A DNA stretch of 64,000 bases from an uncultured Thermoplasmatales archaeon. GTDB lineage: Archaea > Thermoplasmatota > E2 > UBA202 > DSCA01. The stretch covers positions 35,736-99,735 of the forward strand of contig CAZESS010000001.1 of the NCBI GenBank assembly GCA_964514975.1, read 5' to 3'. The notes beneath the pieces are model-generated. The model ran no database searches. It was given only the letters and a program-made list of their open reading frames with translations, and was not told where the DNA came from. Below, in pieces: positions 9,705 through 18,902 of the stretch (the first letter of the stretch is position 1; each line of letters begins with the position of its first letter). A program made the translations under genes and the position numbers.

Positions 9705-10869
9705 CTGATACCTCCTCCAAAAGATTGGTGAGCGCCTCGAACGTCTCCAGCACGCCGCGCCCCGAGGTCGCCACGGTCCCGATGACGGGCACGTCGGGGA
9801 TGTCGAGCGCCCGGCGTATCTCCCCGTCGCTTGCGTCGTCCGGCAGGTCGCGCTTGTTGGCTGCGACCACGAACGGTATGCCGGCGTCGCGGATGTAGTC
9901 GACTGCCTCCCGCGCCTTTTCAAATGACGGGTTCGAGGCGTCGATGACCAGGATGGCGCACGAGGCGGTGGCGCCCATTTTTTCCATAAGCGGCGCAAAC
10001 CGTTCCTGTCCGGGAATGCCGAACAGCTCGGCCCGGTAGCCGCCATGGTCGACCGTTCCATGTTCGACTGAGACGGTGGCGCCCATCCGGTCGACCTGCG
10101 TGGAGCGCTCGGAGAGCGCCTTGATGAACGTGGTCTTGCCGGCCTTGAACGGGCCGACCACCAGCATTTTTGGAATGTAGAGCTTGATGCCGCCCGGCCG
10201 AAACACCTTGAAGGGCACCGACACGCCGGTGACGCCGTTCCAGTTCGTCTGCTTCACCCGGAACGCCTGGCCGGTGAACGCGCCCTGGCTGACCGAGTGC
10301 ACCTCGACGATGCCGTCAAAGCGGCGCTGTATCCGGTACATGATGTTTTCCTTGTAGGGCCAGGCCGTGAAATTGTAGATGGCGATGCTGTTCCGCTCGG
10401 AGATTTCCTCATTGATGCGCTTGACGCCCTTCAGGGCATCGCGTTCCCCGCAGAGGTCCATCACGTTGGACAGCGAGTCGAAGGCCAGCAGCGAGCCCTC
10501 TGGCACCGTTCCGAGCAGCAGCTCCTCGATGACGTCCTCGTAGCTCAGGATGTCATGTGGCTCGTAGATGAGATAGTCCTCGTCCGATGGAGCGCCGATG
10601 AGACGGGAGTAGCCGTCGACCATCCAGAGCCGCCCCGGGTAGTCGTCGAGCGGCCATCCGAACTCCTTGAAGGCCTGGCGGACCTGTCTGGGCGAGGACT
10701 TTGACACGATGTAGATACAGTCATTTCCCTGTTTCAGGTTGTGCTGCAGCACATGGATGCCCATGTTGCTTTCTTCTACCTCAGGCGAGATAGAAAACAG
10801 GAGGGATTTCTGCTCCGGAATACCGCCGTCCAGGTATGTATCCAGCCGCGGTATGCCTGTTTCTATCAT
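9694..10869 (-). CDS. Fusion of degenerate KaiC/RAD55-like domain and MglA/conservon-type small GTPase
   Basis: N-terminal TGIPRLDTYLDGG...FDSLS...FDGIVE. C-terminal G1 GPFKAGKTT, G3 FGIPGQERF, G4 NKRD, G5 TVATSG. Confidence 0.85.
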   Translation of the reverse strand: MIETGIPRLDTYLDGGIPEQKSLLFSISPEVEESNMGIHVLQHNLKQGNDCIYIVSKSSPRQVRQAFKEFGWPLDDYPGRLWMVDGYSRLIGAPSDEDYLIYEPHDILSYEDVIEELLLGTVPEGSLLAFDSLSNVMDLCGERDALKGVKRINEEISERNSIAIYNFTAWPYKENIMYRIQRRFDGIVEVHSVSQGAFTGQAFRVKQTNWNGVTGVSVPFKVFRPGGIKLYIPKMLVVGPFKAGKTTFIKALSERSTQVDRMGATVSVEHGTVDHGGYRAELFGIPGQERFAPLMEKMGATASCAILVIDASNPSFEKAREAVDYIRDAGIPFVVAANKRDLPDDASDGEIRRALDIPDVPVIGTVATSGRGVLETFEALTNLLEEVSDAC

Positions 10870-10876
10870 GTCACCA

Positions 10877-11233
10877 TCACACCATCTCGGTAATCGATTT
10901 GGCCGCCTTCCGCATGGCCTCACATACCTGTGTGCAGTCATCCGCCGGGGTGGCAACGGCGAGCAGCGCCTGCGGCCCGGCACCCATGACGATGAGGGTA
11001 TGTTCCTTTGTTTTGACCTGTACATGTGAGGGCACACCGCTCCCGATTTCGTCCATGGCGGTTTCGGCAGCTCCCAGCAGGGTAGCAGTCATCGCGGCGA
11101 GAGCCTCGGGGCTCGTCCCGCTGGATGCCTCCGCCGCCATCAGAAGCCCATCGCGAGAGATGATGAAGCTCTGCTCGACGTCTGCCTCGGCCTCCAGGTC
11201 GCTTAGAATGTTTTTATACTGCTTGCTCTGCAT
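10877..11233 (-). CDS. Roadblock/LC7 (MglB-like) protein
   Basis: 118 aa; IISRDGLLMA, ALAAMTATLLGAAE pattern; adjacent to the GTPase. Confidence 0.88.
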   Translation of the reverse strand: MQSKQYKNILSDLEAEADVEQSFIISRDGLLMAAEASSGTSPEALAAMTATLLGAAETAMDEIGSGVPSHVQVKTKEHTLIVMGAGPQALLAVATPADDCTQVCEAMRKAAKSITEMV

Positions 11234-11301
11234 GGTTCGCGCTCCTCTACCATGGATAAATGCCTTATTTTATAATAACTTTTCTAAATACGTCGCCCTG
11301 G

Positions 11302-13032
11302 CTACATGACGAGCTTGAACAGGATGTAGGTCACGATGACCATGATGGTGCCGTGGCGCAGCCCCGCCGCGATTTTTCCCTCGCCGAGCAGGCCGGCGAC
11401 GACGCCGTTGCCGATTGCCTGGACCAGGGCGGTGCTGACATAGATGAACTTGTATTCCTCGAGGTCGACGTTGCCGAACGAGATGCTGCCGACACTGGTC
11501 GAGTTTTCGGTTGCCGCGCCGAACTCGGGGAGAAACGTGGTGGTGAGGATGACGATGACCGCCAGGAAGACGAAAAAGGCGACGTATATGATCAGCAGGT
11601 ACATCTGCATCTCCATCTTCCGCTCGGCCTGCAAAATTTTTATCTCCCGGACGTTTTTCGCCGCGGCCTCGATAACCTCGGCGATTTTGCCGCCGGCCTC
11701 CGACGCCTTCACCACCAGGGAGGTCGTCCGCCGGACCAGCGGGGTCTTGATGCGCTCGCCGAACCGCCAGAAGGCGTCGGTGAACGAGGTGCCCCATGAT
11801 ATCTGGACGGCCATTTTTTTGATTTCGGTGCTCAGCAGCCCGTAGTCCCCGCGCGCCGAGGTTTCGACAGCCCGGGCCATGGTCATGCCGGCCTTGCGTG
11901 ACTCGGACAGGTCGCGCAGAAACTCGGGGAATCGTTCCTCCATCAGGTTCATCCGTCGGAAGCGCGCATATTCGTAGAAGCCGAACGGGCCGATGGCGGA
12001 GAGGATGGCGAACACGGTGAAATCGATGGCGTTTTTCTTGATGAGCGATATGGGGCCGAGACTGGTGATGACGCCGAACTGGATGAGCATGGCGATGGCG
12101 ATGAACACCGCGGTGAATGCGGCCGAGGTCGACAGCACCATGATGCGCTGCAGTGTTTCCTCGTCAAATTTTTCTTTCAGCGCCCCGGTCTGCTCCGGCA
12201 TGATGAGGATGATGTACAGGATGAGGCTGACCAGCAGGCCGACGCTGACCGCGATGAACGCGTATTCCCATGGAAAATTGCTCAGGCGGACGCCGCCGGG
12301 CAATCCGAACACCGCGACCAGGTTGACGATCACGAAGAGGATGATGAAGATGAGGATGCTCAGGTAGATGACGTTGCGCTGCATGATCATCGGGCGTTCT
12401 TCCCGGAACTTCGCTCGCTCGTAGACCCCTGTCACCGATGCAGTCGGCGAGGGCATTTCCCCGCCCAGCATCAGCGAGGTGACCTCGAACAGCAGCGCGA
12501 CGTTGAGGAGCAGCAACGGGTTTGACAGCTCGATGAGCAACGGCGCCGCGTCTTCGGGCAGCTCGATGCCGGTTTCCAGCTGCGACCCGATGACGATGAC
12601 GGTGAACGCCAGCGCGACGAGAAACAGGATGGTGTACCCCTTGCTTTTTTCGACCGTCGGGATGGACAGCACCGTGTACAGCATGAGCAGTATCACGCCG
12701 CCCAGCAGCACGGTGACCAGCACGTCGGATATCGGCATGTCGAAGAAGATGATGAACACGTTGAGAATCGTCGCGAAGATGACAACGATGAAGGCGACGA
12801 GCGACGACATGAAATATTTCCATTCGGATTCCTTGAACTCCTCGGACACGAACCCGAGCATGTCCTCCTTGATTTTCCGTTGCGCCCAGGAAAAAACCAG
12901 GAAGCCGCCCAGGGAGGCGCCGAGCAGCAGCGTGGAGGCCGTCGGCATGCCGACCGTCCGGGTCACCACGGCCAGGGCGATGAGGGTCAACAGCGACACG
13001 AACGAGATCCAGGAGATCTTTTTTCCTATCAT
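11302..13032 (-). CDS. T2SS-F/TadC/FlaJ-like membrane platform protein with long N-terminal multi-TM extension
   Basis: C-terminal EERFPEFLRDL...AGMT...YGLLSTEI...SWG...AGG T2SSF pattern; N-terminal half has many TM segments. Confidence 0.85.
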   Translation of the reverse strand: MIGKKISWISFVSLLTLIALAVVTRTVGMPTASTLLLGASLGGFLVFSWAQRKIKEDMLGFVSEEFKESEWKYFMSSLVAFIVVIFATILNVFIIFFDMPISDVLVTVLLGGVILLMLYTVLSIPTVEKSKGYTILFLVALAFTVIVIGSQLETGIELPEDAAPLLIELSNPLLLLNVALLFEVTSLMLGGEMPSPTASVTGVYERAKFREERPMIMQRNVIYLSILIFIILFVIVNLVAVFGLPGGVRLSNFPWEYAFIAVSVGLLVSLILYIILIMPEQTGALKEKFDEETLQRIMVLSTSAAFTAVFIAIAMLIQFGVITSLGPISLIKKNAIDFTVFAILSAIGPFGFYEYARFRRMNLMEERFPEFLRDLSESRKAGMTMARAVETSARGDYGLLSTEIKKMAVQISWGTSFTDAFWRFGERIKTPLVRRTTSLVVKASEAGGKIAEVIEAAAKNVREIKILQAERKMEMQMYLLIIYVAFFVFLAVIVILTTTFLPEFGAATENSTSVGSISFGNVDLEEYKFIYVSTALVQAIGNGVVAGLLGEGKIAAGLRHGTIMVIVTYILFKLVM

Positions 13033-13923
13033 TTATACCTCCGGGGTCATCGAGGTAATCACGACGGCGAAGCCGAGATGCGCCAGCGGCAGCATCACGA
13101 ATGCGACGAGGTACATGACCATCACTGAGCTCCCGCCCCCACCTCCGCCCTGGCTGACCATGCTCATCACGGAGATCATGACGATGAGGAACAATGGCGC
13201 CGCCACCACGACGGTGACATAGCTCTCTGCCATGACGCCCAGCGTCTCCATGAACTCCTTCTGCTCCCGGCGGTTTTCCCGCATGTATTCCTCGGCCTTG
13301 GTGAAAAAATAGCTTTTCAGGTTGCCGCCCGACGTCACCGTGGTGATGGCGCCCTGTATGAACTCCTGGAACTTTATCGACGGCGTCCGGTTGGCCGCGT
13401 TCCGCAGCGCGTTCACGATGTCGATATTGAAAATCGAGATGTCACGATAGATCCAGGCTGCCTCCTTCTGGACCTCCCCGTAGATGGGCTGCTCCGCCAG
13501 CGCCTTGAACGCGATCGCCGGGGTCACACCCGCTGAGGCCATCGCCGCCAGGAAGTTCAACGCATAGGGCAGCTTGTTTTTGATGTCCTTCCGCCGGCTG
13601 TTCGCCTTGCTCTCCGGGATCATCATCGTCACCAGGTAGGCGACGGCGCCTACGAGGATGGGAGCAGGAATGATGACAATAAGCAGCTTCGGGGGCAGCG
13701 TGGTGCCCATGGCCGGCATGACCACCAGCGCGAAAATGATAAACCCGACACCGGCGACGCCGCCCAGGATGCCGTTCATCCAGGCATAGGCGATATAGGC
13801 CTCCGGCCGCATCTCGAGATAGGCACGCTCGATGGAGCGCTTGATGTATTCTATCTGCGTCGACTTCGATGCCTTCTCGCCGAGGAGACGATAACACAGG
13901 CTCTGGTATCTATTCAGCGGCAT
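13033..13923 (-). CDS. T2SS-F/TadC/FlaJ-like membrane platform protein
   Basis: LPYALNFLAAMASAG, YGEV..E, RTPS..FQEF, SGG, LGVMAESYVT. ATG at 13923 overlaps the ATPase stop. Confidence 0.88.
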   Translation of the reverse strand: MPLNRYQSLCYRLLGEKASKSTQIEYIKRSIERAYLEMRPEAYIAYAWMNGILGGVAGVGFIIFALVVMPAMGTTLPPKLLIVIIPAPILVGAVAYLVTMMIPESKANSRRKDIKNKLPYALNFLAAMASAGVTPAIAFKALAEQPIYGEVQKEAAWIYRDISIFNIDIVNALRNAANRTPSIKFQEFIQGAITTVTSGGNLKSYFFTKAEEYMRENRREQKEFMETLGVMAESYVTVVVAAPLFLIVMISVMSMVSQGGGGGGSSVMVMYLVAFVMLPLAHLGFAVVITSMTPEV

Positions 13924-15871
13924 GGGATGCCTCGTCGTCGCGTTCATCCATTTCCGCGTCCGGCTCCACTGGTCCGGCGGCGGGCTGCTTTTGCTCCTCC
14001 GCCCCCTCGCCCTCCTCTGGCGGCGGGCGCTGCGGGGCGGGTATCTCCTCCACGTCGACATCCTCGGGGAATTCCTCTTCCTCGGCCTCGGCAGTCAGCG
14101 GCACCGGCTCCGGTGATGCCTCCTCTCCAGGTTCCGGCTCCGTGGCCTGGCCGTCGCCGCGGACGCGTTTCATCACCCGGTCGGGGTCCTTGTAGTAGGC
14201 GGCCAGTATCTCGCCGACGTCGACATAGTTCTTGATGCCGTTGTCAACCATCCATTTGATGACGTCGCGGCGGCGGTCGAACTCCTCGTTGAGCTCCCGG
14301 TCCGTCCAGTTCCGCTGCTCGGCGACCTTGTCCAAAACATGGCCCTTGCCATAATAATCGAAGGTGTCCTTCCGGGGATTCCAGCTGAACACCTCGTTGG
14401 TGAGAATGTCCTCGGTGTTCGGGTCGATGCCCACCACCTCGACCACTTTTCTGATGCGGCGCACGCGCTTCCGGCCGATGCGGAGCAGCGCCTGGATGGC
14501 CACCACGTTCAACGCCTGCAGCTGCACGCGGGGAATGTTGATGGGGTCGCCCTCGAGCCGGTGGACCACCGAGAAGATGGAGTCGGCGTGCATCGTCGAA
14601 TACACGGTATGGCCGGTCGCCATCGCCTGGAACAACACCACGGCTTCCTCGCCGCGAATCTCGCCGACCAGGATATATTCGGGTCGCTGCCGTAGCGCCG
14701 CCTTCAGCAGATCGAACATGCCCACGTTGGCGCCCTTTTCGGACTCCTCCGACCCCTCGCGGGTAATCGAGGCGATCCAGTTGGGATGAGGCAGGTTTAT
14801 CTCCCGGGTGTCCTCGATGGAGATGATCTTCATCTGCGGGGGGATGAACAACGACAGTGCGTTCAGCGACGTGGTCTTCCCCGAGGCGGTGCCGCCTGCC
14901 AGGACGGCGGAGGCGCCGTTTTCCACGGCCATCCAGAAATAGGCGGCGACCTCGGGAGAGATAGTGTTATATTCGACGAGATGGCTCGGCGTGAAGGGCT
15001 CCTCCCGGAAGCGCCGGATGGTGAAATTCGAGCCCATCGACGACACCTCCTTCGACAGGCAGGCCTGGATGCGGGAGCCGTCGGGCATCGTTGCGTCCAT
15101 CAGCGGCCGGGCGATCGAGATATGGCGGCCGCATTTCTGCGCGAGCTGGATGACGAAGCTGTCGAGCTCGTCGTCGGATGAAAACGTGACATTGGTGCGA
15201 AGCGACTCATAGTTGCGGTGATAAATGTAGATGGGCACCTGCGGCGAATCACAGGAGATATCCTCTATCATCGGGTCGATCATCAGCACGTCTATCTTGC
15301 CGTAGCCCAGGAAATCCCGGATGATGTAGTACATGATTTTTTCTTTCGGCTTGTCGTCGATGGAGATGGAATAATCGCTGAGAATCCGCTCGGTGTTTTT
15401 CCGCAGATAGTCCTTGGCCTCGTCGTCGGTGAACTCGGTTATCTCGACGTCCATGGTCTTGATGAGCGTTTCCTTCAAAAACTCAAATATTTTTTGCTCC
15501 TCGACCGAGAGCGTCGGCTCGATGACCTCATAGATGTACTCGTTCTTGTGGTTGTTAAACAAAACGCGGACGAAGGAAAACGGCTTCTTTATGGGATGCT
15601 GCTCGACGACCTCCATGTTTTCGTCCTTCGGCGGCGACAGGTCGACGACCTCCTCGTATTCACCGAGGATGTCCTTCACCCGCTTGCCCGCCTTGAGCGC
15701 CGAAAGCCGCTCCCGCGCCTTGGATTTTTCCTCCATCTGCTGGATGTTCAGCAGCTCCGACAGCTTATCATCGCGGGCGGACAGCCGGTCGCCTATCTCA
15801 AGGTCTTCTATGAGCTGCGACGCCCGTTTTTCTTCCTGCTTCTTCTGAAGCTCAAGCTCGCTCTTTGCCAT
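13910..15871 (-). CDS. Type II/IV secretion/pilus assembly ATPase (VirB11/TadA/FlaI family)
   Basis: DPMIEDISCD, Walker A GGTASGKTT, IEDTRE Asp box, LRQRPEYILVGEIRG Walker B, TGH..STMHA His box; acidic C-terminal tail. Confidence 0.95.
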   Translation of the reverse strand: MAKSELELQKKQEEKRASQLIEDLEIGDRLSARDDKLSELLNIQQMEEKSKARERLSALKAGKRVKDILGEYEEVVDLSPPKDENMEVVEQHPIKKPFSFVRVLFNNHKNEYIYEVIEPTLSVEEQKIFEFLKETLIKTMDVEITEFTDDEAKDYLRKNTERILSDYSISIDDKPKEKIMYYIIRDFLGYGKIDVLMIDPMIEDISCDSPQVPIYIYHRNYESLRTNVTFSSDDELDSFVIQLAQKCGRHISIARPLMDATMPDGSRIQACLSKEVSSMGSNFTIRRFREEPFTPSHLVEYNTISPEVAAYFWMAVENGASAVLAGGTASGKTTSLNALSLFIPPQMKIISIEDTREINLPHPNWIASITREGSEESEKGANVGMFDLLKAALRQRPEYILVGEIRGEEAVVLFQAMATGHTVYSTMHADSIFSVVHRLEGDPINIPRVQLQALNVVAIQALLRIGRKRVRRIRKVVEVVGIDPNTEDILTNEVFSWNPRKDTFDYYGKGHVLDKVAEQRNWTDRELNEEFDRRRDVIKWMVDNGIKNYVDVGEILAAYYKDPDRVMKRVRGDGQATEPEPGEEASPEPVPLTAEAEEEEFPEDVDVEEIPAPQRPPPEEGEGAEEQKQPAAGPVEPDAEMDERDDEASHAAE

Positions 15872-15949
15872 GGAGCCACCAGGTGCTAAAACAACACCAG
15901 CCCCTATTTATACGTTATTATTTTTATAGAGGCGGGCCGTGCGCGCCGG

Positions 15950-17059
15950 CTACGGCATGTTACCGATGATTTCCTGGGTCATCTCCAGCGTCGACGCGTC
16001 GCCGCCCATGTCATAGGTCAGCATGTCGCCCTTGCTGATGGTCGCAGCGATGCCCTGCTCAAGCCGCTCGGCCATGTCCCGCTCGCCCAGATATTCGAGC
16101 ATCATCTTCGCGGAGCGAAGCATCGCCGTCGGGTTGACCTTGTACATGCCCGCATATTTCGGCGCGGAGCCATGCGTCGGTTCGAACAGGGCATAGTCGT
16201 CGCCGATGTTGCCGCTGCAGGCGAAGCCCATCCCGCCGATGAGCTGCGCCGACAGGTCTGAAACGATGTCGCCGAACATGTTCGAGGTCACCAGCACGCC
16301 GTAGTCCTGCGGGTTTTTCACCAGCCACATGCACATCGCGTCGATATTGGTCTCCCAGAGCTCGATGTCCGGGTAATCCTTCGCGATCTCCCGTGCATGC
16401 TCGATCATCATGCCAGAGGTCTCCCGTATCACGTTGGGCTTCTCCACCACGGTCACCGTCTCCCGGTCGTTCTCATCGGCATACTCGAACGCCTTCCGGA
16501 GGATGCGGCGGCAGCCCTCCCGGGTGAAAATCCGCGTCGAAACGGCAAGTTCGTCCGAGGGCACATCCCGGAAGCGCTCCATGTTGGGATGCGTCATCAG
16601 CGCCTTCCTGACGTTATCCGGCAGGGGCCGGAACTCCACGCCCGCATACAATCCCTGCGTGTTCTCCCGGAAGATAACCAGGTCGATGTCATCGCGGAAG
16701 TTCAACGGGTTGCCGGGATACGCCTTGCAGGGACGCACATTGGCATACAGGTCGAAGAGCTGGCGGAGCTTGACGATCGGGCTGAAATACTCACGTCCCT
16801 TGAGCTCCGGGGGCAGCTCCTTTTCGGCCTCCTGCTTCGGCTTCGAGGTGATAGCGCCGAACAGGCAGCAGTCCGTCTCCCGCAGCAGGTTTACGGTGCG
16901 CTCGGGCAGCGGGTTGCCCTCCGTTTTCCAGAACTCCCAGCCAACGTCGCCCTCGATGTAGTCCGCATCCAGGCCGAGCGCGTCGAGCGCCATCCCGGCG
17001 GCTTCCATTACGTCTTTGCCCACGCCGTCTCCGGGCAGCCATGCAATCTTATATGTCAT
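15950..17059 (-). CDS. Isocitrate/isopropylmalate dehydrogenase family protein
   Basis: LPGDGVG, LRQLFDLYANVRP, RENT, NMFGDIVSD, FEPTHGSAP. Substrate specificity not resolvable by eye. Confidence 0.9.
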   Translation of the reverse strand: MTYKIAWLPGDGVGKDVMEAAGMALDALGLDADYIEGDVGWEFWKTEGNPLPERTVNLLRETDCCLFGAITSKPKQEAEKELPPELKGREYFSPIVKLRQLFDLYANVRPCKAYPGNPLNFRDDIDLVIFRENTQGLYAGVEFRPLPDNVRKALMTHPNMERFRDVPSDELAVSTRIFTREGCRRILRKAFEYADENDRETVTVVEKPNVIRETSGMMIEHAREIAKDYPDIELWETNIDAMCMWLVKNPQDYGVLVTSNMFGDIVSDLSAQLIGGMGFACSGNIGDDYALFEPTHGSAPKYAGMYKVNPTAMLRSAKMMLEYLGERDMAERLEQGIAATISKGDMLTYDMGGDASTLEMTQEIIGNMP

Positions 17060-17153
17060 GTTTTTTCCTCCTGGGTGTATAGCGTATTACGTCGCCATAT
17101 TAATGGTTTGCTTTCCATCGGAAGACATTAAAACGGCAGCGCCCTGTGCAGCC

Positions 17154-17771
17154 ATGGGCACGATGGATGACCTCCGCGCCGAATTGCGACAGCTCATCGA
17201 CTCCCCGGTCAGCGAAACCGTCAGGCAGCGCATGCAGCAGTTCGCCTCCATCGACGACCCGTTCTGCGAGCTCTGCTTCTGCACGCTGACCGCTAACACA
17301 TCAGCCGAAAAAGCCATCGAGGTACAGCAACAATTGGGCGACGACTTCTGCACCCTCGGGCAGGAGGAACTCCGGGCCAGGCTCAAACAGGTCGGCTACC
17401 GTTTCACCAACCGCGCCGCCTACATCTGCCACAACCGCCGCTACCAAAACATCGGCACCATTCTCCAGCGCTTCGACGATGCACACGAAGCACGGGGATG
17501 GCTCGTCGAGCACATAAAAGGCCTGGGCTACAAGGAGGCCAGCCATTTCCTCCGCAACGTCGGCTACACAGACGTCGCGATCATCGACCGGCACATCCTC
17601 CGGGTCATAGAGCGCCACGGCCTCATCGACACCATCCCGTCGTCGCTGGCCCGGCGGCGCTACCTCGCGATGGAGGACACGCTCCGCAGCCTCGCAGCCT
17701 CGCTCGACATATCCCTGGCGGAGCTCGACCTGTATCTCTGGTACATGGAAACCGGGAAGATACTGAAATAA
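17154..17771 (+). CDS. ogg: 8-oxoguanine DNA glycosylase/AP lyase (OGG2-type)
   Basis: ELCFCTLTAN, GYRF..RA.YI, HhH IKGLGYKEASHFLRNVG, AIIDRHILR, LDLYLWY..TG.ILK. Confidence 0.93.
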   Translation: MGTMDDLRAELRQLIDSPVSETVRQRMQQFASIDDPFCELCFCTLTANTSAEKAIEVQQQLGDDFCTLGQEELRARLKQVGYRFTNRAAYICHNRRYQNIGTILQRFDDAHEARGWLVEHIKGLGYKEASHFLRNVGYTDVAIIDRHILRVIERHGLIDTIPSSLARRRYLAMEDTLRSLAASLDISLAELDLYLWYMETGKILK

Positions 17772-17835
17772 TACGTTCGGACCGCAGATATACTCTTACA
17801 GCCTTGCGTTTTCGGACTACTTCTTTTCTAGCTCA

Positions 17836-18720
17836 TCAGGTGTGATGCTTGTAGGCGACGAACGGGCAGAAGCCGATGGCCGGCACGAGGCAGAAAATGA
17901 TGCCGGTGAATCCAAACGTTATCGCCTCGATGGTTTCTCTACCATCCAGTTCTATGTGTTGTCCTCCGCCGCCAAATCCTCGTACCTCTATACCGCCGGC
18001 GCCTGGTGCGGGGCCGGGGTTGAGAGAGCGTCCAATGTTCCAGTGGCCAATGGTGGTTGGACATGGAATTAAGTCAACTGTCACCAATATCCCGAGCAGA
18101 ATGATTGGTATCCGCCATGCGTCTGGGAAAAGATTATGCAGCAAATCGGTGAGGGCCAGAATGGGAACTTTGACAGGGAATGTTGCCCCAATTCCTCCCC
18201 ACGCATGTAGATAACACATGGCTTTCGTGCGCCATCCGTTTTGCTCGAAGAGATGCGCCATCCCCGGCAATCGCTGCCCCCTAGCATGGTCGTGCGCCTT
18301 GCGGTATCCGCCGGTAATGAGTGACTTCACCCTCGATACCGACGTGTCTCCCAGCAAACCATTTTCCTTCAGTTTGCGAAGGAATGTATCAATGATGTGG
18401 TGCGCTTCCCGTTTTCCTTCAGCCGAGGCCTGTACCATATGCAACGTTTGAACTGCCTTCCGTGTCTGGTTGAGCGTCGAATACAACGTTTTTACTGTCT
18501 CGACGGGTAGTTCCCTTGTTATCTCTCTGATGCCATCCAGCGTGTGAATCTCCACTGGCACCTCAACCATCTTTGTATCGGTGTAGGTTTCTCCTCCTGC
18601 AACGGGCGGCCCATCCCCCTGCTCGGTCAACGCCTTCTGCTGGCTGCCGACCACGGGAACCACCGATGCCGCCATCAGGATGACAATGGCGGCCACTGCA
18701 AATTCCATCCTCCCGTTCAT
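17836..18720 (-). CDS. Hypothetical protein with predicted signal peptide
   Basis: 294-aa ORF with hydrophobic N-terminus; visibly lower GC than the flanks; no recognised family. Confidence 0.6.
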   Translation of the reverse strand: MNGRMEFAVAAIVILMAASVVPVVGSQQKALTEQGDGPPVAGGETYTDTKMVEVPVEIHTLDGIREITRELPVETVKTLYSTLNQTRKAVQTLHMVQASAEGKREAHHIIDTFLRKLKENGLLGDTSVSRVKSLITGGYRKAHDHARGQRLPGMAHLFEQNGWRTKAMCYLHAWGGIGATFPVKVPILALTDLLHNLFPDAWRIPIILLGILVTVDLIPCPTTIGHWNIGRSLNPGPAPGAGGIEVRGFGGGGQHIELDGRETIEAITFGFTGIIFCLVPAIGFCPFVAYKHHT

Positions 18721-18902
18721 GGTATCATATCATCACCCACCGCGCGTATATAGGTTTCTTTTTCGTTCGGTTCCACGCCAGTATAAAAACCGTTGTCTAT
18801 TGTGTCTGAAATTGGAGAATGTCGGCGATGCCGTCGAAAGCACCCGGCAGGATACTGAGATGATACCCCGGCAGCTATATATACGCCGGGCGGAATAGCT
18901 GC

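Noticed and set aside
11302-15871. Archaellum (fla/arl) operon
   Set aside because: No archaellin or FlaF/G/C/D/E genes are present, and two separate TadC-like genes fit a pilus-type system better.
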